Positions 34,501 to 49,500 of a DNA stretch of 64,000 nucleotides are shown one piece after another. Numbering within the stretch: position 1 is the first letter of the stretch; every line of letters starts with the position of its first letter. The position numbers and the translations under genes are program-made. Source of the stretch: Blepharisma stoltei ATCC 30299 (taxonomy: Eukaryota; Protista; Ciliophora); the NCBI GenBank assembly GCA_965603825.1, contig CBFDEM010000037.1:1-64000 (forward strand). The letters run 5' to 3'. The notes under the pieces are model-generated. The model was not told the origin of the DNA. It worked only from the letters and a program-made list of their open reading frames with translations, and did not search any database.

Positions 34501-37500
34501 AAGCTGGCCAACATCTAGTAGGGTCTGACTGTGTTTGTGATGAAGGGACTTATTATGACACAAACAATAAAGTTTGCATACCATGTGAGTCTAGATGTGC
34601 CACCTGCTCTGACGATGGAACTTGCATTACTTGCAAAGAGGGCAGAAAAATGGATTTAGACGCAAATCTGCCAAAGACTTGCAAATGCAAATCAGATCAA
34701 ACTACTGGACTTGATTGTTCTTGTGCTACTGGAAGCTACTTTGATACTTCAATTTCTAATTGCAAATCATGCGAAACCAACTGTTTAGCTTGTTTAGACT
34801 TCACTGGCGATTGTACATCTTGCAAAAAGAATATAGCTTTTACAGGAGATCTGATTGACCCAGCGACTTGCTGCCTAACAGGAACTTACTATAGTAACGG
34901 AGGCTGTGTACCCTGTTCAGATAAATGTGCAGAATGCGACATACATACTGGGAAGTGTACTAAATGCAAGGAGGAAAGCAAAATGATATTTGATGATACT
35001 GATGAGAAAAAATGTAAATGCGCAGGTGACCAACTGTATGTTTCAGAAAAATGCACATGCCCTGACAATCAAAAGTTTAACGGATTAGTGTGCTCCACTT
35101 GTGGCACTTTTTGCAAAGTCTGTGCAGATACAACTTTGATTTGCACCGAATGTCTTGATAGCTCAAGAATGCAATTTGGTGCATCAGATAATAAAATCTG
35201 TGAGTGTAAAGGATCAAGCCAAACTACAACTGCAACTGGCTGTGAATGTGCTGTTGGAAAATACTTTACAAACAACGGCTGCGCTCCATGTGGGTCACTT
35301 TGTGCAGCCTGTGCAGATACCACTGGAATTTGCAGCTCTTGCAAAGATATCACTATGACAAAAAGTGATGATAATTTAAGTTGCAAATGTAAACCAGGTC
35401 TTCAGCTCGATGAACAAGCAGGCACTTGTAAATGCTCTTCAGGCTACTACTTCGATAGTAACACCTGCCAGCCTTGCGGAACTCACTGTTCTGTTTGCGA
35501 CTCAACTAGATGCTCTGTGTGTGATAGTATCAGCCATCTTATTGTTGATCCATCAAACCGCAACAATTGTATTTGTGAAAGCAGCTATTATTGGATTGTA
35601 GCAAATAATGACTGTGAGCAATGCGCTGAAGGAACTTATTATGACGGAAGCAAATGCTCTAGCTGTTCCACTAACTGTAAAGCCTGCGATAATTTCACTG
35701 GGAAATGCAATACTTGTGCTGGCGGAGATAGAATGGAATTTGATCCTACGGATGACAAAGCTTGCAGATGCAAAGGAAATCAAATTCTTAGCGGGCTGAC
35801 TTGCTCTTGCAGCTCAGGATCTTACTTTGATAGCCTTACTTGCTCTCCATGCTCTGAATTATGCGCTGTCTGCACAGATTTGACTGGAGAGTGCACAAAA
35901 TGCAACGATGAAGCTTTAATGACTATCGACTCACAAAACAATAAAAACTGCAAATGCAAGTTTTCTGACCTAACAGCTGTATCAGGCCAGTGTGTCTGCA
36001 CTGGAGGCAAGCAATGGAATGGATCTGAATGCTCTAGTTGTGGAAACTTCTGTAAAACTTGTAATGTAGTAAGCAATGTCTGCACTGAGTGTACAGACAG
36101 CGCAAGAATGGACCCGGTAAGCAGCAGTGTTACTTGTAAATGCAAAACTAGCTTTATAACCTCGGCAGCTGGCTGCACTTGTGCTGCAAGCTCTTACTAT
36201 GACAACTCAGCATGTTTTACTTGTGGAGATTTATGCTCTACCTGTGCAGATATTTCGGGCGATTGTACTGCTTGCAAAGACAGCACTATGGAATTCCATC
36301 CTACTAATAAGAAAATCTGTAGATGCAAAGGAACTCAGCAGTATAGCACCGTGCTAAGCACTTGTACATGCCCAATTGGATATTTCGACGGCTCTACTTG
36401 TCAGAGCTGCACAACTCTTTGTTTAACTTGTGATTCAACTAAGTGTTTAACTTGTCAAAATATTCTCCATCTTGTGGTTGACACCCAAAACCCTAAAGAT
36501 TGCGTCTGCGCTAGCGGCTACAATTGGATTACAGCAAGCGGCAGTTGTGAGCAATGCTCTGTTGGAACTTACTACGATGGCAACAAATGTGCTAGCTGCT
36601 CAGCTATGTGTGCTACTTGCTCTGGGCTGACTGGCACTTGTGATACTTGTAAAGACACCGCTAGGATGGCTCTTAGTGGAACCACATGCATTTGTAAAGG
36701 AAATCAAAAGTTAACCGGATCTACATGCTCTTGTGATGCAGGATACTACTTTGATGGCTCGACATGTCTTAAATGTTCAAGCTTATGCAGTGCTTGTAAA
36801 GATTATACCGGAGTATGCACAACATGTAAGGATTCGAAAATGACATTCGATTCAAACGACAACAAAAACTGTAAATGTATTGGAGATCAGATTCTTAGCG
36901 GGGAGACTTGCACCTGTCCTAGCAACCAACAATTCAACGGAAATGGGTGTTCTACTTGCGGTGAATTCTGTAGTACTTGTGATGTTAATAATATTGTCTG
37001 CAGCACTTGTATAGATGGAAATAAGATGTCACCTGTGAGTGGTACTGTAACTTGTGCCTGCAAAGGAAATCAACTTAAAGCAAACGCCGGCTGTACTTGC
37101 CCGTCAGGCTCTTACTTTGATAGCTCAACTTGCTCAACTTGCGGTGATTTATGCACTACATGCACAGATACAACTGGTGTCTGCACTGTCTGTAAAAGTG
37201 ATAAAATGGAAGTTAACCCTACTAATCAAAAAGTTTGTAGATGCAAAGGAACTCAACAGTACAATACCATAACATCCTCTTGCTACTGTCCTACTGGATA
37301 CTACGATGGCTCGACTTGTCAGAGTTGCACAACTCTTTGCTCAACCTGTGACTCGACTAAATGTTTAACTTGTCAAGCTATTGCCAACCTTATAGTAGAC
37401 CCTCAAAACCCAACTAACTGTGCCTGTGCGAGCGGTTACAATTGGATTACAGCAGCGGGCAGTTGCGATAAATGCTCTGATGGAACTTATTACGATGGCA

Positions 37501-40500
37501 GCAAGTGTGTTAGCTGCGCTGCTACATGTGCTACTTGCTCTGGGCAGATTGGCACTTGCAATACTTGCAAAGACGCTGCTAGGATGAATCTTAGTGGAAC
37601 CACATGCATTTGCAAAGGAACCCAAAAACTAACTGGATCAACATGTTCTTGTGATGCAGGATACTACTTTGATGGATCTACTTGTGTTCAATGCTCAAGC
37701 CTGTGCGCCTCTTGCAACGATTACACTGGTGAATGCAAATCTTGCAAAGATTCGAAAATGACTATTGACCAAGCCAATAAGAAGAACTGTATATGTATTG
37801 GAGATCAGACTCTTGACAATGGATCATGCACTTGCCCTATCGGTCAACAATTTAATGGTGACAAATGTTCTGAGTGCGGAACATTTTGCAATTCTTGCAG
37901 CAAAACTTCAGGAATAATATGTAACATTTGTATTGATTCTGTAAAGATGCTTGCAGTTTCTGGAACTACTACTTGTTCATGCAAAGGCGACCAAACTGCA
38001 ACAGTAAGCGGCTGTTCCTGTCCTGCCGGATATTACTTTAAAGACACAAAATGCACTCAATGCGGTAGCTTATGTTCTTTATGTGCAGATACAACAGGAA
38101 TTTGTAGCACCTGCAAAAATGGTTCTACAATGGAAGTAAACCCTAGCGACACCACAACTTGTAGGTGTAAAGGAACCCAGCAATACAATACCGCTTTATC
38201 GGCTTGTGCTTGCCCTGTTGGCTATTTTGATAACGACACCTGTAAGAGCTGCACAACTCTTTGCTCGACCTGTGACTCCACCAAGTGTTTAACTTGCCAA
38301 TCCATTGACCATCTTGTAGTTGACACCCAAAACCCTAAAAACTGTGTCTGTGCTAGCGGCTACAACTGGATTACCGCTAAAAGCACTTGTGAACAATGTT
38401 CTTCAGATATGTATTACGATGGCAACAAGTGTGCTAGCTGCGGAACTAATTGCGCAACTTGTTATGACGGGACTGGAGTTTGCAAAACCTGTAAGAGCTC
38501 AAGAATGGAAAAAGGAAGTGACCCTACTAAATGCATTTGCAAAGGAACCCAAAAGTTAACCGGATCTACATGCTCTTGCGATGCAGGGTACTACTTTGAT
38601 GGAGATACATGTGTTCAATGCTCAGATTTATGCAGCACTTGTGAAGATTTAACTGGAGTATGTAAAACATGTAAAGACTCGAAATTAATGACATTCGACT
38701 CAAACGATAATAAAAAATGCAAATGTATTGGAAACCAAGTTCGTAGCGGTGATACTTGCACCTGTCCTAGCAACCAACAATTCAACGGAAATGGATGCTC
38801 TACTTGCGGTGAATTTTGTGATACCTGTAATGTCAATTCTAACGTATGTAGCGCATGTATAGATATAAATAAGATGTCACCTGTGAGTGGTACTGTAACT
38901 TGTGCCTGCAAAGGGAATCAACTTAAGACAAACGCCGGCTGTACTTGCCCGTCAGGCTCTTACTTTGATAGCTCAACCTGCTCAACTTGCGGTGATTTAT
39001 GCACTACATGCACAGATACAACTGGTGTCTGCACTGTCTGTAAAAGTGATAAAATGGAAGTTAACCCTACTAATCAAAAAGTTTGTAGATGCAAAGGAAC
39101 TCAACAGTACAATACCATAACATCCTCTTGCTACTGTCCTACTGGATACTACGATGGCACAACTTGTCAGAGTTGCACAACTCTTTGCTCAAACTGCGAC
39201 TCGACCAAGTGTTTAACTTGCCAAGCTATTGCCAACCTTATAGTAGACCCTCAAAACCCAACTAACTGTATCTGTGCCAGCGGATACAATTGGATTACAG
39301 CAACGGGCAAGTGTGAACAATGCTCTGTTGGAACTTACTACGATGGTAACAAATGTGCTAGCTGCGCTGCTAATTGTGCAAGTTGCTATGACGGGTCTGG
39401 AACTTGTAAAATCTGTAAAGACCCTAATAGGATGGATCTTAGCGGAACGATATGCACTTGCAAAGGAACCCAAAAACTAACTGGATCAACATGTTCTTGC
39501 GATTCAGGCTATTACTTTGACGGATCTACTTGTGTCCAATGCTCAAGCTTATGCTCCTCTTGCTCAGATTACACTGGCGAATGCAAAACTTGCAAAGATT
39601 CGAAAATGACTATTGACTCAGCCAATAAGAAGAACTGTATATGTATCGGAGACCAGGTACTTAACAATAATATGTGTACATGCCCTGGAAGCAAACAATT
39701 TAACGGATCTGGATGTTCTGATTGCAGCACTTTCTGTTCAAATTGCAATGTTGGCTCTAATACCTGCAACACTTGTTTAGATGGAAACAGGATGTCTCCT
39801 GTAAGCAACACTCTAACATGTGCCTGCAAAGGAAATCAAATAGCAAATAATGATGGTTGCGGTTGTCCTTCAGGCTCTTACTTTGATAGCTCAACTTGCT
39901 CGACTTGCGGTGATTTCTGCACTACATGCACAGATATATCTGGTGTCTGCACTGCCTGTAAAAGTGATAAAATGGAAGTTAACCCTACTAATCAGAAAGT
40001 TTGTAGATGCAAAGGAACTCAACAATATAGCTACACGCTATCCTCCTGCTACTGCCCTACTGGATACTACGATGGTTCAACTTGTCAGAGTTGCACAACT
40101 CTTTGCTCGACCTGCGACTCGACTAAATGTTTAACTTGTCAAGGTATTGCAAACCTTATAGTAGACCCTCAAAATCCAACTAACTGTGTCTGTGCGAGCG
40201 GATACAATTGGATTACAGAATCGGGCAAGTGTGAACAATGCTCTGTTGGAACTTATTATGATGGTAACAAATGTGTTGCCTGCTTAGATAATTGTGCAAG
40301 TTGTTACGATAGAACTGGCTATTGCAAAGCATGCAACTCAAGATTTACTCCAAGTACCATCAACCCAGCTAAATGCATTTGCAAAGGAACCCAAAAATTA
40401 ACCGGATCTATATGCTCTTGTGATGTAGGGTACTACTTTGATGGAGATACATGTGTTCAATGCTCAGATTTATGCAGCACTTGTGAAGATTTAACTGGAG

Positions 40501-43500
40501 TATGTAAAACATGTAAAGACTCGAAATTAATGGCATTCGACTCAAACAATAATAAAAAATGCAAATGTATTGGAGATCAGATTCTTAACGGTGATACTTG
40601 CAGCTGCCCTAGCAACAAACAATTCAATGGACTTGGGTGTTCTAGTTGTGGTGAATTTTGTAGTGCTTGTGATGTTAATAATATAGTCTGCAACACTTGT
40701 TTAGATGGAAGCAAAATGTCTCCTGTAAGCAACACTCTAACTTGTGCCTGCAAAGGGAATCAGCTTAAAACAAATACTGGCTGCACATGTCCATCAGGCT
40801 CTTACTTTGACAGCACAACTTGCTCGACTTGCGGTGATTTCTGCACTACATGCACAGATACAACTGGTATCTGCACTGTTTGTAAAGATAGTAAAATGGA
40901 GGTGGACCCTGCTAATCAAAAAGTTTGCAGATGTAAAGGAACTCAAAAATATAGCACCGTGTTGTCTTCTTGCTATTGTCCAACTGGATACTTCGATGGC
41001 TCAACATGCCAGAGTTGTACAACTCTTTGCTCGACCTGCGACTCGACTAAGTGTTTAACTTGCCAAGGTATTGCAAACCTTATAGTAGATCCTCAAAACC
41101 CAACTAATTGTGTCTGTGCGAGCGGCTACAATTGGATTACAGCAACGGGCAAGTGTGATCAATGCTCTGTTGGAACTTACTACGATGGCAACAAATGTGC
41201 TAGCTGTTCAGATAATTGTGCAAGTTGTTATAACGGTAGTGGATTTTGTGGTGTTTGCAAAGACTCAAGAATGATGATAAGCACTAGCGAGCCAGCAAAA
41301 TGCATTTGCAAAGGAACCCAAAAACTAACTGGATCAACATGTTCTTGCAATGCAGGGTACTACTTTGACGGATCTACTTGTGTCCAGTGCTCAAGCTTAT
41401 GCTCCTCTTGCTCCGATTACACTGGCGAATGTCTTTCTTGCAAAGATTCGAAAATGACTATTGACCCAGCCAATAAGAAGAACTGTATATGTATTGGAGA
41501 TCAGATACTTAACAATAATATGTGTACATGCTCTGGAAGTAAACAATTCAACGGCGCTGGATGTTCTGATTGCAGCACTTTCTGTTCAAATTGCAATGTT
41601 GGCTCTAATACCTGCAACACTTGTTTAGATGGAAACAGGATGTCTCCTGTAAGCAACACTCTAACTTGTGCCTGCAAAGGGAATCAAATAGTAACAAATG
41701 CCGGTTGCAGTTGTCCTTCAGGCTCTTACTTTGATAGCTCAACTTGCTCAACTTGCGGTGATTTATGCACTACATGCACAGATATATCTGGTGTCTGCAC
41801 TGCTTGTAAGGATAGTAAAATGGAAGTTAACCCTACTAATCAGAAAGTTTGTAGATGCAAAGGAGCTCAACAGTACAATACCATAACATCCTCTTGCTAC
41901 TGTCCTACTGGATACTACGATGGCACAACTTGTCAGAGTTGCACAACTCTTTGCTCGACCTGCGACTCGACCAAGTGTTTAACTTGCCAAGGTATTGCCA
42001 ACCTTATAGTAGACCCTCAAAACCCAACTAACTGTGTCTGTGCGAGCGGATACAATTGGATTACAGCAACGGGCAAGTGTGATCAATGCTCTGTTGGAAC
42101 TTATTATGATGGTAATAAATGTGCTGCCTGCTCAGATAATTGTGCAAGCTGTTACGATAGAACTGGTTATTGCAAAGTATGCAACTCAAGATTTACTCCA
42201 AGTACCATCAACCCAGCTAAATGCATTTGCAAAGGAGCCCAAAAGCTAACTGGATCTACATGCTCTTGTGATGCAGGGTACTACTTTGATGGAGATACAT
42301 GTGTTCAATGCTCAGATTTATGCAGCACTTGTGAAGATTTAACTGGAGTATGTAAAACATGTAAAGACTCGAAATTAATGACATTCGACTCAAACAATAA
42401 TAAAAAATGCAAATGTATTGGAGATCAGATTCTTAACGGTGATACTTGCAGCTGCCCTAGCAACAAACAATTCAATGGTCTTGGGTGCTCTAGTTGTGGT
42501 GAATTTTGTAGTGCTTGTGATGTTAATAATATAGTCTGCAACACTTGTTTAGATGGAAACAAAATGTCTCCTGTAAGCAACACTCTAACTTGTGCCTGCA
42601 AAGGGAATCAACTTAAAACAAATACTGGCTGCACATGTCCGTCAGGCTCTTACTTTGACAGCACAACTTGCTCGACTTGCGGTGATTTCTGCACTACATG
42701 CACAGATACAACTGGTGTCTGCACTGTTTGTAAAGATAGTAAAATGGAGGTGGACCCTGCTAATCAAAAAGCTTGCAGATGTAAAGGAACTCAAAAATAT
42801 AGCACCGTGCTGTCTTCTTGCTATTGTCCAACTGGATACTTCGATGGCTCAACATGCCAGAGCTGCACAACTCTCTGCTCGACATGCGACTCGACTAAGT
42901 GTTTAACTTGCCAAGGTATTGCAAACCTTATAGTAGACCCTCAAAACCCAACCAATTGTGTCTGTGCGAGCGGCTACAATTGGATTACAGCAACGGGCAA
43001 GTGTGATCAATGCTCTGTTGGAACTTACTACGATGGCAACAAATGTGCTAGCTGTTCAGATAATTGTGCAAGTTGTTATAACGGCAGTGGATTTTGTGGT
43101 GTTTGCAAAGACTCAAGAATGATGATAAGCACTAGCGAACCAGCAAAATGCATTTGCAAAGGAACCCAAAAACTAACTGGATCAACATGTTCTTGCGATG
43201 CAGGGTACTACTTTGATGGATCTACTTGTGTCCAATGCTCAAGCTTATGCTCCTCTTGCTCTGATTACACTGGTGAATGCAAAACTTGCAAAGATTCGAA
43301 AATGACTATTGATCCAGCCAATAAGAAGAACTGTATATGTATCGGAGATCAGATACTTAACAATAATATGTGTACATGCGCTGGAGGCAAACAATTTAAC
43401 GGATCTGGATGTTCTGATTGCAGCACTTTCTGTTCAAATTGCAATGTTGGCTCTAATACCTGCAACACTTGTTTAGATGGAAATAAGATGTCTCCTGTAA

Positions 43501-46500
43501 GCAACACTCTAACTTGTGCCTGCAAAGGGAATCAAATAGTAGCAAATGCTGGTTGCAGTTGTCCTTCAGGCTCCTACTTTGATAGCTCAACCTGCTCAAC
43601 TTGCGGCGATTTATGCACTACATGCACAGATACAACTGGTATCTGCACTGTCTGTAAAAGTGATAAAATGGAAGTTAACCCTACTAATCAGAAAGTTTGT
43701 AGATGCAAAGGAACTCAACAGTACAATACCATAACATCCTCTTGCTACTGTCCTACTGGATACTACGATGGCACAACTTGTCAGAGTTGCACAACTCTTT
43801 GCTCGACCTGTGACTCGACTAAATGTTTAACTTGTCAAGGTATTGCAAACCTTATAGTAGACCCTCAAAACCCAACTAACTGTGTCTGTGCCAGCGGATA
43901 CAATTGGATTACAGAATCGGGCAAGTGTGAACAATGCTCTGTTGGAACTTACTACGATGGCAACAAATGTGCTAGCTGCGCTGCTAATTGTGCAAGCTGT
44001 TATAACGGGTCTGGAATTTGTAAAATCTGTAAAGACCCTAATAGAATGGATCTTAGTGGAACGACATGCACTTGCAAAGGAACCCAAAAACTAACTGGAT
44101 CAACATGTTCTTGCGATGCAGGGTACTACTTTGACGGATCTACTTGTGTCCAATGCTCAAGCTTATGCTCCTCTTGCTCAGATTACACTGGTGAATGCAA
44201 AACTTGCAAAGATTCGAAAATGACTATTGACTCAGCCAATAAGAAGAACTGTATATGTATCGGAGATCAGGTACTTAACAATAATATGTGTACATGCCCT
44301 GGAAGCAAACAATTCAACGGATCTGGATGTTCTGATTGCAGCACTTTCTGTTCAAATTGCAATGTTGGCTCTAATACCTGCAACACTTGTTTAGATGGAA
44401 ACAGGATGTCTCCTGTAAGCAACACTCTAACTTGTGCCTGCAAAGGGAATCAAATAGCAACTAATGATGGTTGCAGTTGTCCTTCAGGCTCTTACTTTGA
44501 TAGCTCAACTTGCTCGACTTGCGGCGATTTATGCACTACATGCACAGATACAACTGGTGTCTGCACTGTCTGTAAAAGTGATAAAATGGAAGTTAACCCT
44601 ACTAATCAGAAAGTTTGTAGATGCAAAGGAACTCAACAGTACAATACCGTAACATCCTCTTGCTACTGCCCTACTGGATACTACGACGGTTCAACTTGTC
44701 AGAGTTGCACAACTCTTTGCTCGACCTGCGACTCGACTAAATGTTTAACTTGTCAAGGTATTGCAAACCTTATAGTAGACCCTCAAAATCCAACTAACTG
44801 TGTTTGTGCCAGCGGATACAATTGGATTACAGCAACGGGCAAGTGTGAACAATGCTCTGTTGGAACTTATTATGATGGTAACAAATGTGCTGCCTGCTCA
44901 GATAATTGTGCAAGCTGTTACGATAGAACTGGTTATTGCAAAGCATGCAACTCAAGATTTACTCCAAGTACCATCAACCCAGCTAAATGCATTTGCAAAG
45001 GAACTCAAAAATTAACTGGATCTACATGCTCTTGTGATGCAGGGTACTACTTTGATGGAGATACATGTGTTCAATGCTCAGATTTATGCAGCACTTGTGA
45101 AGATTTAACTGGAGTATGTAAAACATGTAAAGACTCGAAATTAATGACATTCGACTCAAACAATAATAAAAAATGCAAATGTATTGGAGATCAGATTCTT
45201 AGCGGTGATACTTGCAGCTGCCCTAGCAACAAACAATTCAATGGTCTTGGGTGCTCTAGTTGTGGTGAATTTTGTAGTGCTTGTGATGTTAGTAATATAA
45301 TCTGCAACACTTGTTTAGATGGAAACAAAATGTCTCCTGTAAGCAACACTCTAACTTGTGCCTGCAAAGGGAATCAACTTAAAACAAATATCTGGCTGCA
45401 CATGTCCGTCAGGCTCTTACTTTGACAGCACAACTTGCTCGGCTTGCGGTGATTTCTGCACTACATGCACAGACACAACTGGTATCTGCACTGTTTGTAA
45501 AGATAGTAAAATGGAGGTGGACCCTGCTAATCAAAAAGCTTGCAGATGTAAAGGAACTCAAAAATATAGCTACACGCTATCTTCTTGCTATTGTCCAACT
45601 GGATACTACGATGGCTCAACTTGCCAGAGTTGCACAACTCTTTGCTCGACATGCGACTCGACTAAGTGTTTAACTTGTCAAGGTATTGCCAACCTTATAG
45701 TAGACCCTCAAAACCCAACCAATTGTGTCTGTGCGAGCGGTTACAATTGGATTACAGCAACGGGCAAGTGTGATCAATGCTCTGTTGGAACTTACTACGA
45801 TGGCAACAAATGTGCTAGCTGCTCAGATAATTGTGCAAGTTGTTATAACGGCAGTGGATTTTGTGGTGTTTGCAAAGACTCAAGAATGATGATAAGCACA
45901 AGCGAGCCAGCAAAATGCATTTGCAAAGGAACCCAAAAACTAACTGGATCAACATGTTCTTGCGATGCAGGGTACTACTTTGACGGATCTACTTGTGTCC
46001 AATGCTCAAGCTTATGCTCCTCTTGCTCCGATTACACTGGCGAATGCAAAACTTGCAAAGATTCGAAAATGACTATTGATGCAGCCAATAAGAAGAACTG
46101 TATATGTATCGGAGATCAGATACTTAACAATAATATGTGTACATGCCCTGGAAGTAAACAATTCAACGGCGCTGGATGTTCTGATTGCAGCACTTTCTGT
46201 TCAAATTGCAATGTTGGCTCTAATACCTGCAACATTTGTTTAGATGGAACCAGGATGTCTCCTGTAAGCAACACTCTAACTTGTGCCTGCAAAGGGAATC
46301 AAATAGTAACTAATGCCGGTTGCAGTTGTCCTTCAGGCTCTTACTTTGATAGCTCAACCTGTTCAACTTGCGGTGATTTCTGCACTACATGCACAGATAT
46401 ATCTGGTGTCTGCACTGCTTGTAAGGATAGTAAAATGGAAGTTAACCCTACTAATCAGAAAGTTTGTAGATGCAAAGGAACTCAACAATATAGCTACACG

Positions 46501-49500
46501 TTATCCTCTTGCTACTGCCCTACTGGATATTACGACGGTTCAACTTGTCAGAGTTGCACAACTCTTTGCTCGACCTGCGACTCGACCAAGTGTTTAACTT
46601 GCCAAGGTATTGCCAACCTTATAGTAGACCCTCAAAACCCAACTAACTGTGTTTGCGCCAGCGGATACAATTGGATTACAGAATCGGGCAAGTGTGATCA
46701 ATGTTCTGTTGGAACTTATTATGATGGTAATAAATGTGCTGCCTGCTCAGATAATTGTGCAAGTTGTTATGATAGAACTGGTTATTGCAAAGCATGCAAC
46801 TCAAGATTTACTCCAAGTACCATCAACCCAGCTAAATGCATTTGCAAAGGAACTCAAAAGTTAATCGGATCTACATGCTCTTGTGATGCAGGGTACTACT
46901 TTGATGGAGATACATGTGTTCAATGCTCAGATTTATGCAGCACTTGTGAAGATTTAACTGGAGTATGTAAAACATGTAAAGACTCGAAATTAATGACATT
47001 CGACTCAAACAATAATAAAAAATGCAAATGTATTGGAGATCAGATTCTTAGCGGTGATACTTGCAGCTGCCCTAGCAACAAACAATTCAATGGTCTTGGG
47101 TGCTCTAGTTGTGGTGAATTTTGTAGTGCTTGCGATGTTAATAATATAGTCTGCAACACTTGTTTAGATGGAAGCAAAATGTCTCCTGTAAGCAACACTC
47201 TAACTTGTGCCTGCAAAGGGAATCAACTTAAAACAAATACTGGCTGCACATGTCCGTCAGGCTCTTACTTTGACAGCACAACTTGCTCGACTTGCGGTGA
47301 TTTCTGCACTACATGCACAGACACAACTGGTATCTGCACTGTTTGTAAAGATAGTAAAATGGAGGTGGACCCTGCTAATCAAAAAGCTTGCAGATGTAAA
47401 GGAACTCAAAAATATAGCACAGTGTTGTCTTCTTGCTATTGTCCAACTGGATACTTCGATGGCTCAACTTGCCAGAGCTGCACAACTCTCTGCTCGACCT
47501 GCGACTCGACTAAGTGTTTAACTTGCCAAGGTATTGCCAACCTTATAGTAGACCCTCAAAACCCAACTAACTGTGTCTGTGCGAGCGGCTACAATTGGAT
47601 TACAGCAACGGGCAAATGTGATCAATGCTCTGTTGGAACTTACTACGACGGCTCCAAATGTGCTAGCTGTTCAGATAATTGTGCAAGTTGTTATAACGGT
47701 AGTGGATTTTGTGGTGTTTGCAAAGACTCAAGAATGATGATAAGCACTAGCGAACCAGCAAAATGCATTTGCAAAGGAACCCAAAAACTAACTGGATCAA
47801 CATGTTCTTGCGATGCAGGGTACTACTTTGACGGATCTACTTGTGTCCAATGCTCAAGCTTATGCTCCTCTTGCTCTGATTACACTGGTGAATGCAAAAC
47901 TTGCAAAGATTCGAAAATGACTATTGATGCAGCCAATAAGAAGAACTGTATATGTATCGGAGATCAGATACTTAACAATAATATGTGTACATGTCCTGGA
48001 AGCAAACAATTTAACGGATCTGGATGTTCTGATTGCAGCACTTTCTGTTCAAATTGCAATGTTGGCTCTACTACCTGCAACATTTGTTTAGATGGAACCA
48101 GGATGTCGCCTGTAAGCAACACTCTAACTTGTGCCTGCAAAGGGAATCAAATAGTAACAAATGCCGGTTGCAGTTGTCCTTCAGGCTCTTACTTTGATAG
48201 CTCAACCTGTTCAACTTGCGGTGATTTCTGCACTACATGCACAGATATATCTGGTGTCTGCACTGCCTGTAAAAGTGATAAAATGGAAGTTAACCCTACT
48301 AATCAGAAAGTTTGTAGATGCAAAGGAACTCAACAATATAGCTACACGTTATCCTCTTGCTACTGCCCTACTGGATATTACGACGGTTCAACTTGTCAGA
48401 GTTGTACAACTCTTTGCTCAACTTGTGATTCGACCAAGTGTTTAACTTGCCAAGGTATTGCCAACCTTATAGTAGACCCTCAAAACCCAACTAACTGTGT
48501 TTGCGCCAGCGGATACAATTGGATTACAGAATCGGGCAAGTGTGATCAATGCTCTGTTGGAACTTATTATGATGGTAATAAATGTGCTGCCTGCTCAGAT
48601 AATTGTGCAAGTTGTTATGATAGAACTGGGCTCTGTAAAGCATGCAAGTCAAGATTTACTCCAAGTCTTGTCGACCCAACTAAATGCATTTGCAAAGGAA
48701 CTCAAAAGTTAATCGGATCTACATGCTCTTGTGATGCAGGGTACTACTTTGATGGAGATACATGTGTTCAATGCTCAGATTTATGCAGCACTTGTGAAGA
48801 TTTAACTGGAGTATGTAAAACATGTAAAGACTCGAAATTAATGACATTCGACTCAAACAATAATAAAAAATGCAAATGTATTGGAGATCAGATTCTTAGC
48901 GGTGATACTTGCAGCTGCCCTAGCAACAAACAATTCAATGGACTTGGGTGCTCTAGTTGTGGTGAATTTTGTAGTGCTTGCGATGTTAATAATATAGTCT
49001 GCAACACTTGTTTAGATGGAAGCAAAATGTCTCCTGTAAGCATTACTCTAACTTGTGCCTGCAAAGGGAATCAACTTAAAACAAATACTGGCTGCACATG
49101 TCCGTCAGGCTCTTACTTTGACAGCACAACTTGCTCGACTTGCGGTGATTTCTGCACTACATGCACAGATACAACTGGTATCTGCACTGTTTGTAAAGAT
49201 AGTAAAATGGAGGTGGACCCTGCTAATCAAAAAGCTTGCAGATGTAAAGGAACTCAAAAATATAGCACAGTGTTGTCTTCTTGCTATTGTCCAACTGGGT
49301 ACTTCGATGGCTCAACATGCCAGAGCTGCACAACTCTCTGCTCGACCTGTGACTCGACTAAGTGTTTAACTTGCCAAGGTATTGCCAACCTTATATTAGA
49401 CCCTCAAAACCCAAGTAACTGTGTCTGTGCCACCGGCTACAATTGGATTACAGCAACGGGCAAATGTGATCAATGCTCTGTTGGAACTTACTACGACGGC